64,000 bases of DNA. It comes from a virus (taxonomy: Duplodnaviria; Caudoviricetes). The position numbers and the translations under genes were made by a program. The DNA is taken from the IMG/VR virus record IMGVR_UViG_3300020577_002562, positions 123,210 to 187,209 of that record. The stretch is one strand, 5' to 3'. The notes below the pieces were generated by a model. It saw only the letters and a program-made list of their open reading frames with translations, did no database searches and was not told where the DNA came from. Shown here piece by piece: positions 1-8,928 of the stretch (position 1 is its first letter; each line of letters begins with the position of its first letter).

Positions 1-231
1 TCGGATCACCGTGTTGAATGACAGTGCGGTCTTGCATTGGTAACAAACCTGTACAGTCTTGGTGAGCAGGTCGATTGCGTGCTGATAGACCAATGCGCCA
101 ATGTTCCAATCCCTCAAATTGATCTGTTGACCGCCTTCAGTCTTTTCCTTCTCAAAGCCGAATTGTGCATATGCCTTCTCAATGGCTTCCGCCAACTGCC
201 GCCAATCGAATGTGGGTATGATGCGTTCCAT
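1..231 (-). CDS. hypothetical protein (partial, runs off window)
   Basis: ATG at 231 preceded by GAAGGGG SD-like sequence; frame MERIIPTFDWRQLAEAIEK... Confidence 0.45.
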   Translation of the reverse strand, partial: MERIIPTFDWRQLAEAIEKAYAQFGFEKEKTEGGQQINLRDWNIGALVYQHAIDLLTKTVQVCYQCKTALSFNTVIR

Positions 232-362
232 GTCAACTGTCCCCTTCGTTGAATAGCTAGGCGTATTCATCACCTACTAATTGATTCATCATTTCCTTCA
301 CCTAGAGGCGAACCACGCCAGAGCCGCGATCAAACAAAACGCGAGAAAGGCGATGAAGTACA

Positions 363-1352
363 TCATGTTTGCACCTCTCGCAGCATCACCATCGTAGCTA
401 CAGGGCGCGAATGGATGGTAATGATCCGTAGCGAATAGTACACACGAATCACTCGCCATGTCCTGCAATGCAAACTCTTGACATGCTCAAGTGCCTCACT
501 GTTCCACGCCTCTTCGTCATGGAGACTGCTATCAACACTAATATGCTCATCCGCACGCGGGACTGCCTTCCCTAGATTAGTTGACGTGACCAACTCCTCT
601 ACACTACGTTCATGCAGTTTAGCCATATCCTCTACCAGCTTGGTCATCTCTAGATCAGGCTCAACCAGTGCAGGGCCAATCTTGGTCTTGATACAGTCTG
701 TGCAGTACAGAGCATACATCGTGTCTTGCGTACTGGTCTTTCCACACTCGGAGCACCTGTGTTTCGGTTCATGACCTTCAGCTGTAGTCTCTACCTTTGG
801 CTGTCGTGGCAAGATCGATAGGTCTACGAAACGAGGATCGGCAAATGTTTTGAACACGAACGTCCACGCCAGCCTACCATGTGGCTTTGTACCTGGATTT
901 GACGACAAACTCCTCAGATCAGTTGCGTCCACAATGCGGTTGATCAAGTGCTGGGGTTCACACGCATGCTCCGTCCACGGCACTGCCATCAGGTCCAAGT
1001 CTCTGGTGAACGAACCGTGTAGACCAACAGCATAGCCCTCATCCCAAGCGAGCTTGCGGATGATGGTGTAGACGCGACCGTAATCTGGGTCAATTATGCC
1101 ATACACTTGACCATTGGTGTTAGGTGCTGGTTCTCGCCGATTCCAGTTGGCAATGGCATCTTGCTCGGTGATACTTATCACTTCAGCGCCGCAACCACCT
1201 TGAACTTCTGGGCACTGCGCGCACCAGTCTTGGTTGCCCAGTTCATCTGGTCGTGTGGTTGGATAGCAGAAGTCTGGGTCAGTCGTGTCGATCACATGAC
1301 CGCAGAAAGGACACGGTTTAGCTCGGTTCGGTGCTAGTTCTCGATCAGTCAT
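363..1352 (-). CDS. Lar-like Zn-finger fused to nucleotidyltransferase-like domain
   Basis: KPCPFCG...CGA...AIANWNRR (Lar restriction-alleviation family pattern); HGSFTRDLDL (GS-x-DxD NTase-like motif). Confidence 0.55.
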   Translation of the reverse strand: MTDRELAPNRAKPCPFCGHVIDTTDPDFCYPTTRPDELGNQDWCAQCPEVQGGCGAEVISITEQDAIANWNRREPAPNTNGQVYGIIDPDYGRVYTIIRKLAWDEGYAVGLHGSFTRDLDLMAVPWTEHACEPQHLINRIVDATDLRSLSSNPGTKPHGRLAWTFVFKTFADPRFVDLSILPRQPKVETTAEGHEPKHRCSECGKTSTQDTMYALYCTDCIKTKIGPALVEPDLEMTKLVEDMAKLHERSVEELVTSTNLGKAVPRADEHISVDSSLHDEEAWNSEALEHVKSLHCRTWRVIRVYYSLRIITIHSRPVATMVMLREVQT

Positions 1353-1400
1353 AGTTTCTATCTCCTACCATAGAGACCCCACGCGCTTGACGTTCCCTGG

Positions 1401-1649
1401 CTAACGTCTTTTCAACTTTGCTGTAGCCTCGCTGCTCATAGACCGAGCCTTGGTTTGAAGAGCCTTCATCCAAGCAACCCCAATTTCCTCAAGCTGTTCG
1501 TCGGTGAACATATAGATTGGCCTGCCATTACCATCTAGCTGTAAAATAGAGGTCGGCACTTTCGGAATGAGGTATTCAGTGGCGTATGTACTATGGACTT
1601 TCACAACAGGCGGTGATTCTTTGATCTGCTTCATACATGCCCTTGTCAA
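1401..1649 (-). CDS. hypothetical protein
   Basis: ORF packed in minus-strand operon. Confidence 0.5.
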   Translation of the reverse strand: MTRACMKQIKESPPVVKVHSTYATEYLIPKVPTSILQLDGNGRPIYMFTDEQLEEIGVAWMKALQTKARSMSSEATAKLKRR

Positions 1650-1931
1650 CTAGACTTGTGGTTGAAGGTGGCGGGTCTGCTCCATCAAGCAGTCAAGACA
1701 CAAACCTGTAGAATTACATCCACCTTCATTAAAGACGACGATAACTCGTGGACATACCCAAAGAGTTTCAGACCAGGTAGTACCATCACCTCTGGTGTGT
1801 GTCTTGTTGTGTAAACCGTGGCAATGTTTGCACGGCGTTCCTCCACCATACTCTGAAACCTCCTCATTTTCATGAACAAACCAGTCTCCACCTTCCCACA
1901 TACTTCCAGAACTGAACGCATGCTTAGTCAT
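1650..1931 (-). CDS. hypothetical Cys-rich protein
   Basis: ORF with upstream AAGG, CxxC motifs. Confidence 0.55.
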   Translation of the reverse strand: MTKHAFSSGSMWEGGDWFVHENEEVSEYGGGTPCKHCHGLHNKTHTRGDGTTWSETLWVCPRVIVVFNEGGCNSTGLCLDCLMEQTRHLQPQV

Positions 1932-1944
1932 CTGTACACCTTAC

Positions 1945-2907
1945 CTACCACTTGATTCCGATGGTTGGACTGTCGTCAACTACTCTACGCCCCTTGTTCA
2001 TGTACTTCATGGCGACTTGTACCTGCTCTCGGTCGATCTTGAATCTCTCAGGCTTGTAGGTCTGCCAGAAGCAAGTGCGCAGACAGCCACGACTAGGGCC
2101 GTAGTCCTCTATGAAATGCTTGATCAACGGTTGTTGCTTGCCGTCCACCACTGTCCGTATACGTGCAGTCTCTTGCGCCAGCTTAGGTGGATTGGAAATC
2201 GGTATGACCTCGTAGATGGTGTCCCATCGCGGGATGTTCAAGCCGACTTGCACGATCCGTCGGATACCAACGATGATGCGAATGCGGCCGCTTCGCGCAT
2301 CTTGCAGTATCTTAGGACGCTGCGTGTTCCGTTCGACCTGACCAGTGAATGCGGCAGCAATGTCGCGGTCTTTCCCAGTCATACGTCGGTATGCCTTGTT
2401 CAGCACGTTGGTCAGCAGCATCGCGTGCTTCACTCGATCCACCGGGATGACGATTGACCGGTCGTGCTTGATAACGTCCTTCAGCGCGTGCTTGACTATC
2501 AGTGTGTTACGTTGCTCGTTGTTGGACAACCAAGTGATAGCACCCGGCCATGTCTTGTGACCGGCGTGCGTAACCCCAGTCTCTACGAACTGAACACTAG
2601 GCACCAGCGTATTGGCTTGCCCCTCGGCACGTACAGGACCGATCACCAACTGAGAGAGTATGATCTTGCCATCTTTGCGATCATACGTCCCCGTCAGTCC
2701 GATCATGTACAACGAGTTCAACTGAGCCACTACTTTGAGGTACTCATCCGCCGCAGTGTCGTGGCAATTATGAACGAGCACACCTTTGTCTGAGTCTGGG
2801 CCATAGACAAAGTAGTTGTGATGCTGCTCCACTCCTATATCGTACACATCTACAGGCGCATCCAGTTTGATATGCTCTACTGATGACACTCTCACTAATT
2901 TTGTCAT
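1945..2907 (-). CDS. split intein C-fragment (47 aa, 2767-2907) + C-terminal half of SF2 (UvsW-like) helicase
   Basis: VYDIGVEQHHNYF...LVHN|C (intein blocks F/G); then CH, GLTGT, VGLNIP, QETARIR helicase motifs. Confidence 0.92.
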   Translation of the reverse strand: MTKLVRVSSVEHIKLDAPVDVYDIGVEQHHNYFVYGPDSDKGVLVHNCHDTAADEYLKVVAQLNSLYMIGLTGTYDRKDGKIILSQLVIGPVRAEGQANTLVPSVQFVETGVTHAGHKTWPGAITWLSNNEQRNTLIVKHALKDVIKHDRSIVIPVDRVKHAMLLTNVLNKAYRRMTGKDRDIAAAFTGQVERNTQRPKILQDARSGRIRIIVGIRRIVQVGLNIPRWDTIYEVIPISNPPKLAQETARIRTVVDGKQQPLIKHFIEDYGPSRGCLRTCFWQTYKPERFKIDREQVQVAMKYMNKGRRVVDDSPTIGIKW

Positions 2908-2937
2908 ACTGGTGAATCATGTATTGGAGTTAAGGGC

Positions 2938-3966
2938 ATGTTACGTCAAGATCATCCGCGATTTCATCAAATGGTGTCCCGACATAGAGCCCTGTGCTCA
3001 GTAAGAAAGATAAAATTCACTGCCAAGATTGTTGACTTGAGCACTACACGTTATTTACATCGTTGTCACTGTGGTCATGCTTGGAAGCAAACTATATCGA
3101 ACTTTGTTGGCCGTACTGGATGTCCTGCTTGTGCGATGCGGCGTTTTCAACTAGCTGGAGCAGCTTCCGCGCGTGGAAAACCTGCGCATACGAGACTAAC
3201 AAAAGGGGAGTTTCTGAAGCGGCTTCCTAAAGGCTATCGTCTAATCGGATCTTACTCAGGACAACGCGAACTAGTCTCATTGAAATGCCCACAAGGTCAC
3301 ATAAGACGAACTACAGCGGACAACGCCCATCGTTATGGCTGTGGTGTATGCTCGGGAGTTGAAGTTTCACTTGACTCCCACAACAAGCAATTGGCTGCTC
3401 TGAATGACCGTGTTCGTTGCCTGCAGTATTTTGGGGCACGCACAGCATCCAGATACCATTGTCTACAGTGTAAGTTTCGCTGGTCTTGCATCCCTACAAA
3501 CATTTTGAAGACTAAACGATGTCATTGTCCGAGCTGTCAACCACCTGGCGTAACTGTCAGATGCGTCAAGCTTGGGCGTCGCAAAGTGCTTGTTCGTGGA
3601 TACGAGCCACAAGCTCTAAACTATTTGATACAAGTGAAGGGGTACAAACCTAACCAGATTCGTACAGAGCTTGAGGGAACTGTCCCAAGAATCAAAGTCA
3701 ATGGGCGACTTCATAAACCCGACTTTTTCATCCCAAGCGATAACCGTCTGGTAGAAGTCAAGTCGATTTTCACTCTCGGACTCAACGGTGAGCTATATTT
3801 CAAAAGAGCATTCCAGAAGTTGAAGACTAACCACGCAAAAGCCCGGGAGGCAGGGTACCGATACAACTTGCTAGTTTTTCTCAAAGACGGAACGCGAGTA
3901 GACATACCTAGTAAGTGGTATCTATTGAGCACTGAACAAATGCGACAGTTACTTCGACAACAATAG
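2938..3966 (+). CDS. putative homing endonuclease, repeated Zn-ribbons + PD-(D/E)XK domain
   Basis: multiple CxC..H..W / CPxC repeats; PDFFIP..N.LVEVKS motif; opposite strand to neighbours; paralog of 7056-7895. Confidence 0.85.
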   Translation: MLRQDHPRFHQMVSRHRALCSVRKIKFTAKIVDLSTTRYLHRCHCGHAWKQTISNFVGRTGCPACAMRRFQLAGAASARGKPAHTRLTKGEFLKRLPKGYRLIGSYSGQRELVSLKCPQGHIRRTTADNAHRYGCGVCSGVEVSLDSHNKQLAALNDRVRCLQYFGARTASRYHCLQCKFRWSCIPTNILKTKRCHCPSCQPPGVTVRCVKLGRRKVLVRGYEPQALNYLIQVKGYKPNQIRTELEGTVPRIKVNGRLHKPDFFIPSDNRLVEVKSIFTLGLNGELYFKRAFQKLKTNHAKAREAGYRYNLLVFLKDGTRVDIPSKWYLLSTEQMRQLLRQQ

Positions 3967-4965
3967 CTCGTCATTTACCGTTAACTCCGATGCCTTCACG
4001 TAATCTTGTCTAGTAACCGACCAAAACTTGTGGTTCGGAGTGCACAGAAGTTCTCTACCATCAATAGTGACGCGCACGAGATGGGTAACAGCTTTCTTTG
4101 TGAAGCTCTCTATGGGTTTGAATTCTCGTTTCCCAGATTGATGATTGAAGCACTCGACAGTCGTCTTGTAGCCGCTTTCTACAATATCACCTAAAGACAT
4201 CAGCCCATTTTTGGTCTTTACTCTATGACCATAGGTGAAGCATTCATCTATGATGATGGTCCCAAAGTGATCCTTGATCTGTTCAAGCTTCTTCTTGCCA
4301 CCAGCAGACAAGAACGTTTGATACGTACACAGCACGATGTCATACTTCAGCATATCCTTGACATCAGTGACTATGCCAGCGATCTTGCGTCCGTTGAACT
4401 TCTCTAGGTCGTCAATGTTGGTTACTGCATCCGCACCTTTGAGCGACAGCATGAACTGGCGCAACCAATCGATCTGGGCCGCAATGATCAGCGTGCGATA
4501 CCCGATCTTGATCGAAGCAGCTATCGCCATCACTGTCTTGCCCGAACGCGGCGGAGACAGTAAGACACCCCGCTTCTTCTTGATGATCGTGCGTACAGGA
4601 TCGCGTTGATTCTTCCAGAGCTTGCCTGTGAATTCGATGGCGTGACGAAACCGCTTGTATTCGGAAGCAGGCTTCTCTCTAGTGACAGTGATCGGCTTAC
4701 CAACTACTTCCTTGACGATTGACGGACGTCCCAACGGTAAACCAAGCATGCCATCTCGTTTGGTCCACAAGTGGTAAGTGCCCCGGAACTCAGGGCATTC
4801 GTCGCAGATGTCACAGTGACGCTCTTCTAGGTACTCACATTTGTTGCATGCTTTCTCGTTGTAGATGCGGATAGTCAGGTGTTTTTTGGCACGCTCTACA
4901 TTCTGCTTCGTAGCTGGCACCCACAGCTTGGAATTACGTACCGCCTCAACTGCTTGAGTCTTCAT
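3949..4965 (-). CDS. N-terminal half of SF2 (UvsW-like) helicase + split intein N-fragment (97 aa, 3952-4242)
   Basis: PPRSGKT Walker A; IIIDE|CFTYGHRV (intein block A); LCTPNHKF (block B TxxH); ASELTVNDEL end. Confidence 0.92.
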   Translation of the reverse strand: MKTQAVEAVRNSKLWVPATKQNVERAKKHLTIRIYNEKACNKCEYLEERHCDICDECPEFRGTYHLWTKRDGMLGLPLGRPSIVKEVVGKPITVTREKPASEYKRFRHAIEFTGKLWKNQRDPVRTIIKKKRGVLLSPPRSGKTVMAIAASIKIGYRTLIIAAQIDWLRQFMLSLKGADAVTNIDDLEKFNGRKIAGIVTDVKDMLKYDIVLCTYQTFLSAGGKKKLEQIKDHFGTIIIDECFTYGHRVKTKNGLMSLGDIVESGYKTTVECFNHQSGKREFKPIESFTKKAVTHLVRVTIDGRELLCTPNHKFWSVTRQDYVKASELTVNDELLLSK

Positions 4966-5251
4966 GTCCTGTATGCCCAGCTACGATTTTCAGTGCTGCG
5001 TTTACCGTCAACGACTCTGCAAGACTCAGCCCATACTGTCGTGGCGCCCAGCTACACATCGTAGCCAACTTGCGCAGCTTGGACTTAGGGCCAAGCACTG
5101 TTCCATTATTTAGTGCAATCAACTCACCGGCGCAGGCTTTCACATGTTTCTCAGCGTATGCTATGGCGCAGGTCATTTGTTCAATCGACGACCTGAGGGG
5201 TTTGCTGGTCTTAGTGATCTTGGTAGGCATGCTTTGAATCTCAACGTCCAT
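4946..5251 (-). CDS. hypothetical protein
   Basis: ATG 5251 with GAGGTG SD; start shortened relative to ORF track. Confidence 0.5.
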   Translation of the reverse strand: MDVEIQSMPTKITKTSKPLRSSIEQMTCAIAYAEKHVKACAGELIALNNGTVLGPKSKLRKLATMCSWAPRQYGLSLAESLTVNAALKIVAGHTGHEDSSS

Positions 5252-5261
5252 TGTCTTCACC

Positions 5262-5615
5262 TCATTCTGCCGCGTGGTCTTTGGTTTCACTGCTCTCAGC
5301 GGCCGTGGTGGCATTAGCTGACACCTCGAACAACCAACCTGAAGAGAGTGTCGCTTGCTTGTGATACTGCAATGACACTTGTCCTCGACGAATCTCTTTG
5401 ATGAAGCGCTTCGATACCAGAAGCGACCCAGCGTGTATCTTCCAATCAACCCCGGGTGTCATGGTCTGCTGGTTGTTAAGCACAGCTACAGCTACCACCT
5501 CTGATGGCAACCGGGTAGTTCGCTTGTTGATGGTCTTGATCTTCAACTCTACAGGTTTGTTTGTCACATCAACCTCAGTAAACGACTTTGTGCAGCCAGC
5601 CCATCGTTCTTCCAC
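5262..5615 (-). CDS. hypothetical protein
   Basis: operon packing. Confidence 0.5.
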   Translation of the reverse strand: MEERWAGCTKSFTEVDVTNKPVELKIKTINKRTTRLPSEVVAVAVLNNQQTMTPGVDWKIHAGSLLVSKRFIKEIRRGQVSLQYHKQATLSSGWLFEVSANATTAAESSETKDHAAE

Positions 5616-5833
5616 AGCATCTTGCGCCCGTTGAATATGGCATCTGCCGTTACTGACTCATCGGAAGTCAGAATCATAAACGCCGCTTCGGCTACTTCAT
5701 TTACAGTTTTGAAGACATAGAGAGCCACCTCTCCTCGGTCAATCACGCGTAAGCATACCACACCATCAGTCGGTGTGGGTACTTCGCGGGCATTGAAGTA
5801 AGTGGCTCGTAGCCGAAGCTGGTCATAACTCAT
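5564..5833 (-). CDS. hypothetical protein
   Basis: ATGA overlap with upstream gene. Confidence 0.5.
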   Translation of the reverse strand: MSYDQLRLRATYFNAREVPTPTDGVVCLRVIDRGEVALYVFKTVNEVAEAAFMILTSDESVTADAIFNGRKMLWKNDGLAAQSRLLRLM

Positions 5834-6150
5834 GTTGGTGGGTTGTTGGTTGCGATGGGTTCCGTTGCTACAGTGGTTGTTCCGTCAGTGGTTTCATCAC
5901 CTGCAGTCGTGCGTCGGTAATCGGGCTCGATTGGACTCGGTGTGGGCGCCTCACGCCACGGTTGTACCTGCCTAGTGGGTGCATACCACTGTTCTCTTTT
6001 GGCAACTGTTTGGTCAAACAGTTCCAAGCACTTGGCTAGATATTCTGCCAGTATGAAGTCCGGGGTGTTGGACCCGTTCTCTCTAGAGTGTTGATTGATC
6101 AGTGCGCGAAGCTCTTGTTCAAAGGTCGGTCGTTCAACTGTGTCTGTCAT
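5830..6150 (-). CDS. hypothetical protein
   Basis: AGGAG SD; ENGSNTPDFILAEYL motif seen in small phage proteins. Confidence 0.65.
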   Translation of the reverse strand: MTDTVERPTFEQELRALINQHSRENGSNTPDFILAEYLAKCLELFDQTVAKREQWYAPTRQVQPWREAPTPSPIEPDYRRTTAGDETTDGTTTVATEPIATNNPPT

Positions 6151-6289
6151 ACCATTCTCCTAATTGAGTTAGGACTCAAAGAAAATACCCTACCACCGCC
6201 AACAAGACCAGAGTGACTAATACTCCGATCCATATCCGTTCAGTCGTTCGCTTGATGCCCACTCACATCTCCTGCACTTACTGTCTAGA

Positions 6290-6544
6290 TCAACGCAACC
6301 GAAGGGTCGCGTACTTGTTACTGCGGTTATCCGAGTAACGGAGGTACATATGCAGTCTGCGATGAGACTGCTGGATCTTCTGGCACAACAAGCGAGCGGC
6401 GCAGCTTATGTGGGTGATTGATCGGAGTACCGATCCGTCACCTGCAGCTGGATACGCTGCTCGCCACAGACAACGTCCCAGCTTACGTCTGTTTGACCAG
6501 ACGAATCGGTACCGTCGCTTATTTCCCTTGAGCTTGACTTTCAC
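6290..6544 (-). CDS. hypothetical basic protein
   Basis: GTGA overlap with upstream gene. Confidence 0.45.
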   Translation of the reverse strand: MKVKLKGNKRRYRFVWSNRRKLGRCLWRAAYPAAGDGSVLRSITHISCAARLLCQKIQQSHRRLHMYLRYSDNRSNKYATLRLR

Positions 6545-6945
6545 AGCACACCCTCCATCATCCAGGCCAATCGAACAATAGCTCGTTGAACGCGGGTCTT
6601 GTAGTCCGAAAACTCCGCCATGCTAGGTCCACTACGCGGTATCGTAGCCACTTTTTCGCAGCCTGGTCTGGATACAACTGTACCTTCATCTGTATGGTTA
6701 ACGTTTATGCCTTTGAGCAAAGCAAGCTCCAAAGCTTGATCCCCATCTAGTATGGGGTTCCACAGCGCAGTTAATGTTGGAGCAAGATGGATCTGGATAC
6801 CCCATCTATTCGTACCTTGTAAGAAAGTGGTCTTCCACCCAAACGATTTGGCTATATGCTCTAGACATACGCGATCACCGGGTCTCTGCATTCGTGGGTC
6901 GCCGTTGTTGACCTGCATCGCAACATCGTTCAGTTCTGCAATCAT
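6541..6945 (-). CDS. hypothetical protein
   Basis: ATG 6945 with GGGAG SD, overlapping the stop of the stranded remnant; WNP..D..QALEL motif. Confidence 0.6.
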   Translation of the reverse strand: MIAELNDVAMQVNNGDPRMQRPGDRVCLEHIAKSFGWKTTFLQGTNRWGIQIHLAPTLTALWNPILDGDQALELALLKGINVNHTDEGTVVSRPGCEKVATIPRSGPSMAEFSDYKTRVQRAIVRLAWMMEGVL

Positions 6946-7016
6946 GTAGCATGCTCCCGTTTGGTGGCAATCTCCAACGCAGACAAGCTGTTCTTCACTG
7001 CCCACGCTGCTTTATC
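6942..7016 (-). pseudogene. stranded copy of the C-terminus of the 7892-8425 gene
   Basis: translates DKAAWAVKNSLSALEIATKREHAT*, versus DKASWAIKNSLNALEIVTKREHSA* at 7892-7966. Confidence 0.9.
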
Positions 7017-7055
7017 CGAAAGTCACTAATTTGCACGTAGACACCGGAGAAATAT

Positions 7056-7895
7056 ATGCCTCCAGTTTTGCGTTCACAAGTTGAAGTTACTCGTCTACTA
7101 AATAGTAACAATCCAACTATACGATCTATATCCGAGTATAGAGGATGTAGAAGTGAAGGACAATTCGAGTGCTTAGAGTGTAAGCATGTTTGGTCAGCTC
7201 AATGGAGACGCATAATACAAGGCGCAACAAAATGTCCTCGATGCGTATCTGTAAGACTTGGAGGCAAAAACAAGAAAACGCACCAAGTCTATTGTGAAGA
7301 ACTTGCGTTGGTCGATCCTTCTATCCAGCCTCTAGAAAAATACGTCAATAGCTACACGGCTATTTTGCATAGACATGAGTGTGGGCATGAGTGGAGACTA
7401 ATGCCGTTAAACTCACTCCGCGGTAGAGGCTGTCCTAAGTGTAAGCTTCGTTTGCGCACCGTCAAATTGGGGGCCCGAAAGGTTAACGTGCGTGGATATG
7501 AAGCCATAGCTTTAAAGTGGCTTGTTCGTAACAAGAAAGTCAAACCGTCTGAAATACAAACACACAACGAGAAAACGGTACCTAATTTTCTATATCACCA
7601 CAGAGGTAGGCGAACATATTTCCCAGACTTTTACATACCCAAAACGAATTGTATAGTCGAAGTCAAGTCTTTATCAACCGTAGGCATTCTTGGTAACTTC
7701 TTTAATCTTAAACCTAGAACTCTGTTCTCGCTCACACAAGCCAAGGCTAAAGCTGTACTGAACGCAGGCTATCGTTTTAGACTATTGATCATGGGCAGCG
7801 ATGGCAATAGAATACCGACTCCGAAAGGATGGCTTCGTATGACACACAAAGAATTTTGCGCGTCTATCGGACCTGAGCATACCAGCAAACATTAA
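7056..7895 (+). CDS. putative homing endonuclease, Zn-ribbons + PD-(D/E)XK domain
   Basis: CxxCxHxW/CPxC repeats; VKLGARKVNVRGYE and PDFYIP..N.IVEVKS shared with 2938-3966. Confidence 0.85.
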   Translation: MPPVLRSQVEVTRLLNSNNPTIRSISEYRGCRSEGQFECLECKHVWSAQWRRIIQGATKCPRCVSVRLGGKNKKTHQVYCEELALVDPSIQPLEKYVNSYTAILHRHECGHEWRLMPLNSLRGRGCPKCKLRLRTVKLGARKVNVRGYEAIALKWLVRNKKVKPSEIQTHNEKTVPNFLYHHRGRRTYFPDFYIPKTNCIVEVKSLSTVGILGNFFNLKPRTLFSLTQAKAKAVLNAGYRFRLLIMGSDGNRIPTPKGWLRMTHKEFCASIGPEHTSKH

Positions 7896-8425
7896 GCGGA
7901 GTGTTCTCTTTTTGTGACTATCTCAAGAGCGTTTAGACTATTTTTGATTGCCCAAGAAGCTTTGTCGAGGTCTTCCACCACCAAGTTGACCATCTCAAGC
8001 AGAGAGTCTAGGTGATCTACACTTTCTTGAGCCCGCTGTGTCAGCAAATTGATCAGTGCTCGCTGACCGGTCTTGGTACGAACGCCCATATTCGATAGCT
8101 GGGACTGGTACTCGGATTCGATGTATCGTTGAATGCCGAACAGTACAGAGGCCAAGTAGTTCCTGTTGCGTGTGATCAGCAGTATGATTTCAATGCACCG
8201 GCTGCGATAGGACTGGTCTTGAAGCCCAGCCTCTGACAATTTGCGAGCACCGGATTTGCTGGACAAGAGGCGCACACCCCGAGCCTTGTGCAGCTTGATC
8301 ACCTCTTCCAGCCAAGTCTCGAACTGAGGGTCCACTGCACGCTTGGCTACTACTCTGAATGCCTTGTACCGTGTGTCTTGTCTTAACAGCTTACGCAGCT
8401 TGAGCAAGGAGCTAGTTGGCGCCAT
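7892..8425 (-). CDS. helical protein of replication block (possibly UvsY-like recombination mediator)
   Basis: coiled-coil character, size and context; function is a guess. Confidence 0.45.
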   Translation of the reverse strand: MAPTSSLLKLRKLLRQDTRYKAFRVVAKRAVDPQFETWLEEVIKLHKARGVRLLSSKSGARKLSEAGLQDQSYRSRCIEIILLITRNRNYLASVLFGIQRYIESEYQSQLSNMGVRTKTGQRALINLLTQRAQESVDHLDSLLEMVNLVVEDLDKASWAIKNSLNALEIVTKREHSA

Positions 8426-8427
8426 CT

Positions 8428-8928
8428 TTACGTTTCCAGGTAGTCAGAGGTTTCATCTTGGGTTATTGCCTTCGACACCAAGACACCAAGGTCTTCCACC
8501 GAGTAGATTAGAAGGCCACCGACCCTGTACTTACATTCGCTACCGATCTGCTCCAATGCACTACTGATAGCGTCCATGTTTCTTCGGCACGCTATCAGAT
8601 ACTCAGGCTCTATCACCACTTGAAGTGGCGTGCGAAACATAAACCCTAGTCGAATGCCATTCGCCACGCTATGCCTAACATCATACACTTGAACTGCCGG
8701 CAAGTTCATCGCGTTTGGCACCAACAGCACAGGCTCTTTGCCTGGAATCCATCTGTTCAACCACAGATAGCAATGTAGCATCTGCTCCACCCGATGGAAC
8801 TGATGAAGTTTCGCGCTGTAGATGGTGCAGGTCAAACGGTGATCCAACCCAGACCAGTCCACAGAACGCAACGGTACTTCCGTTGCGTCGAACAGGAGTT
8901 TACTGTCAGTTGGAGTAGAGGAAGCCAT
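8428..8928 (-). CDS. hypothetical protein
   Basis: operon packing. Confidence 0.6.
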   Translation of the reverse strand: MASSTPTDSKLLFDATEVPLRSVDWSGLDHRLTCTIYSAKLHQFHRVEQMLHCYLWLNRWIPGKEPVLLVPNAMNLPAVQVYDVRHSVANGIRLGFMFRTPLQVVIEPEYLIACRRNMDAISSALEQIGSECKYRVGGLLIYSVEDLGVLVSKAITQDETSDYLET

